The notes below the pieces were generated by a model, which saw nothing but the letters and a program-made list of their open reading frames with translations, was not told the origin of the DNA and ran no database searches. Positions 63,834 through 64,000 of a DNA stretch of 64,000 bases are shown piece after piece (the first letter of the stretch is position 1; each line of letters begins with the position of its first letter). The stretch comes from an uncultured bacterium (GTDB lineage: Bacteria; Babelota; Babeliae; Babelales; JABCYS01): NCBI GenBank assembly GCA_963705705.1, contig CAVPKK010000005.1:128001-192000 (forward strand). The letters run 5' to 3'. The translations under genes were made by a program, and so were the position numbers.

Positions 63834-64000
63834 ATGCCAATTGTAATCACCCGAGATAATTATGAACAAGAAGTACTATCATCACCACTGCCAGTTGTCA
63901 TAGATATCTATGCAACCTGGTGTGGCCCATGCCAACAAATGCATCCAATTATTGAAGAGCTTGAGAAGGAATATGGTCAACAATATAAATTTGTAAAAAT
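63834..64000 (+). CDS. trxA: Thioredoxin (runs off window)
   Basis: AGGAG RBS; PVVIDIYATWCGPC. Confidence 0.93.
   Translation, partial: MPIVITRDNYEQEVLSSPLPVVIDIYATWCGPCQQMHPIIEELEKEYGQQYKFVK

Overview
Bacterial chromosomal window (roughly 40% GC by eye, standard code). The gene content suggests a host-associated bacterium, most plausibly Babeliota/Dependentiae (TM6); this is inference. It carries housekeeping genes (ruvA, mnmE, two ddl-like ORFs, orn, orphan atpD, lon, lolD, murJ, comM, acpS, prfB, trxA), five tRNAs and a small carbon-metabolism block (zwf, gnd, glk, frameshifted ppsA). Four things stand out. (1) A ~35-bp palindromic repeat (core GCTCATCCTGAGTTTATCGAAGGA) occurs at 13 loci. 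Seven copies sit in frame inside five conserved enzymes and use exactly the three stop-free frames of the consensus; several copies are nested composites. (2) A ~3,290-aa secreted protein (once one frameshift is repaired) has a stalk of >100 18/22-residue repeats, most carrying D/E-F-N-G-T, capped by a Cys-rich beta-helix and followed by paralogous beta-helix genes. (3) Several enzymes with cytosolic or nuclear substrates carry signal peptides: an intein-derived LAGLIDADG domain, a DOT1-like methyltransferase, PP2C and a macrodomain; a GMC oxidoreductase is also secreted. (4) mnmE probably starts at ATT. Several single-base disruptions may be sequencing errors. All assignments come from motif recognition only; no searches were run.
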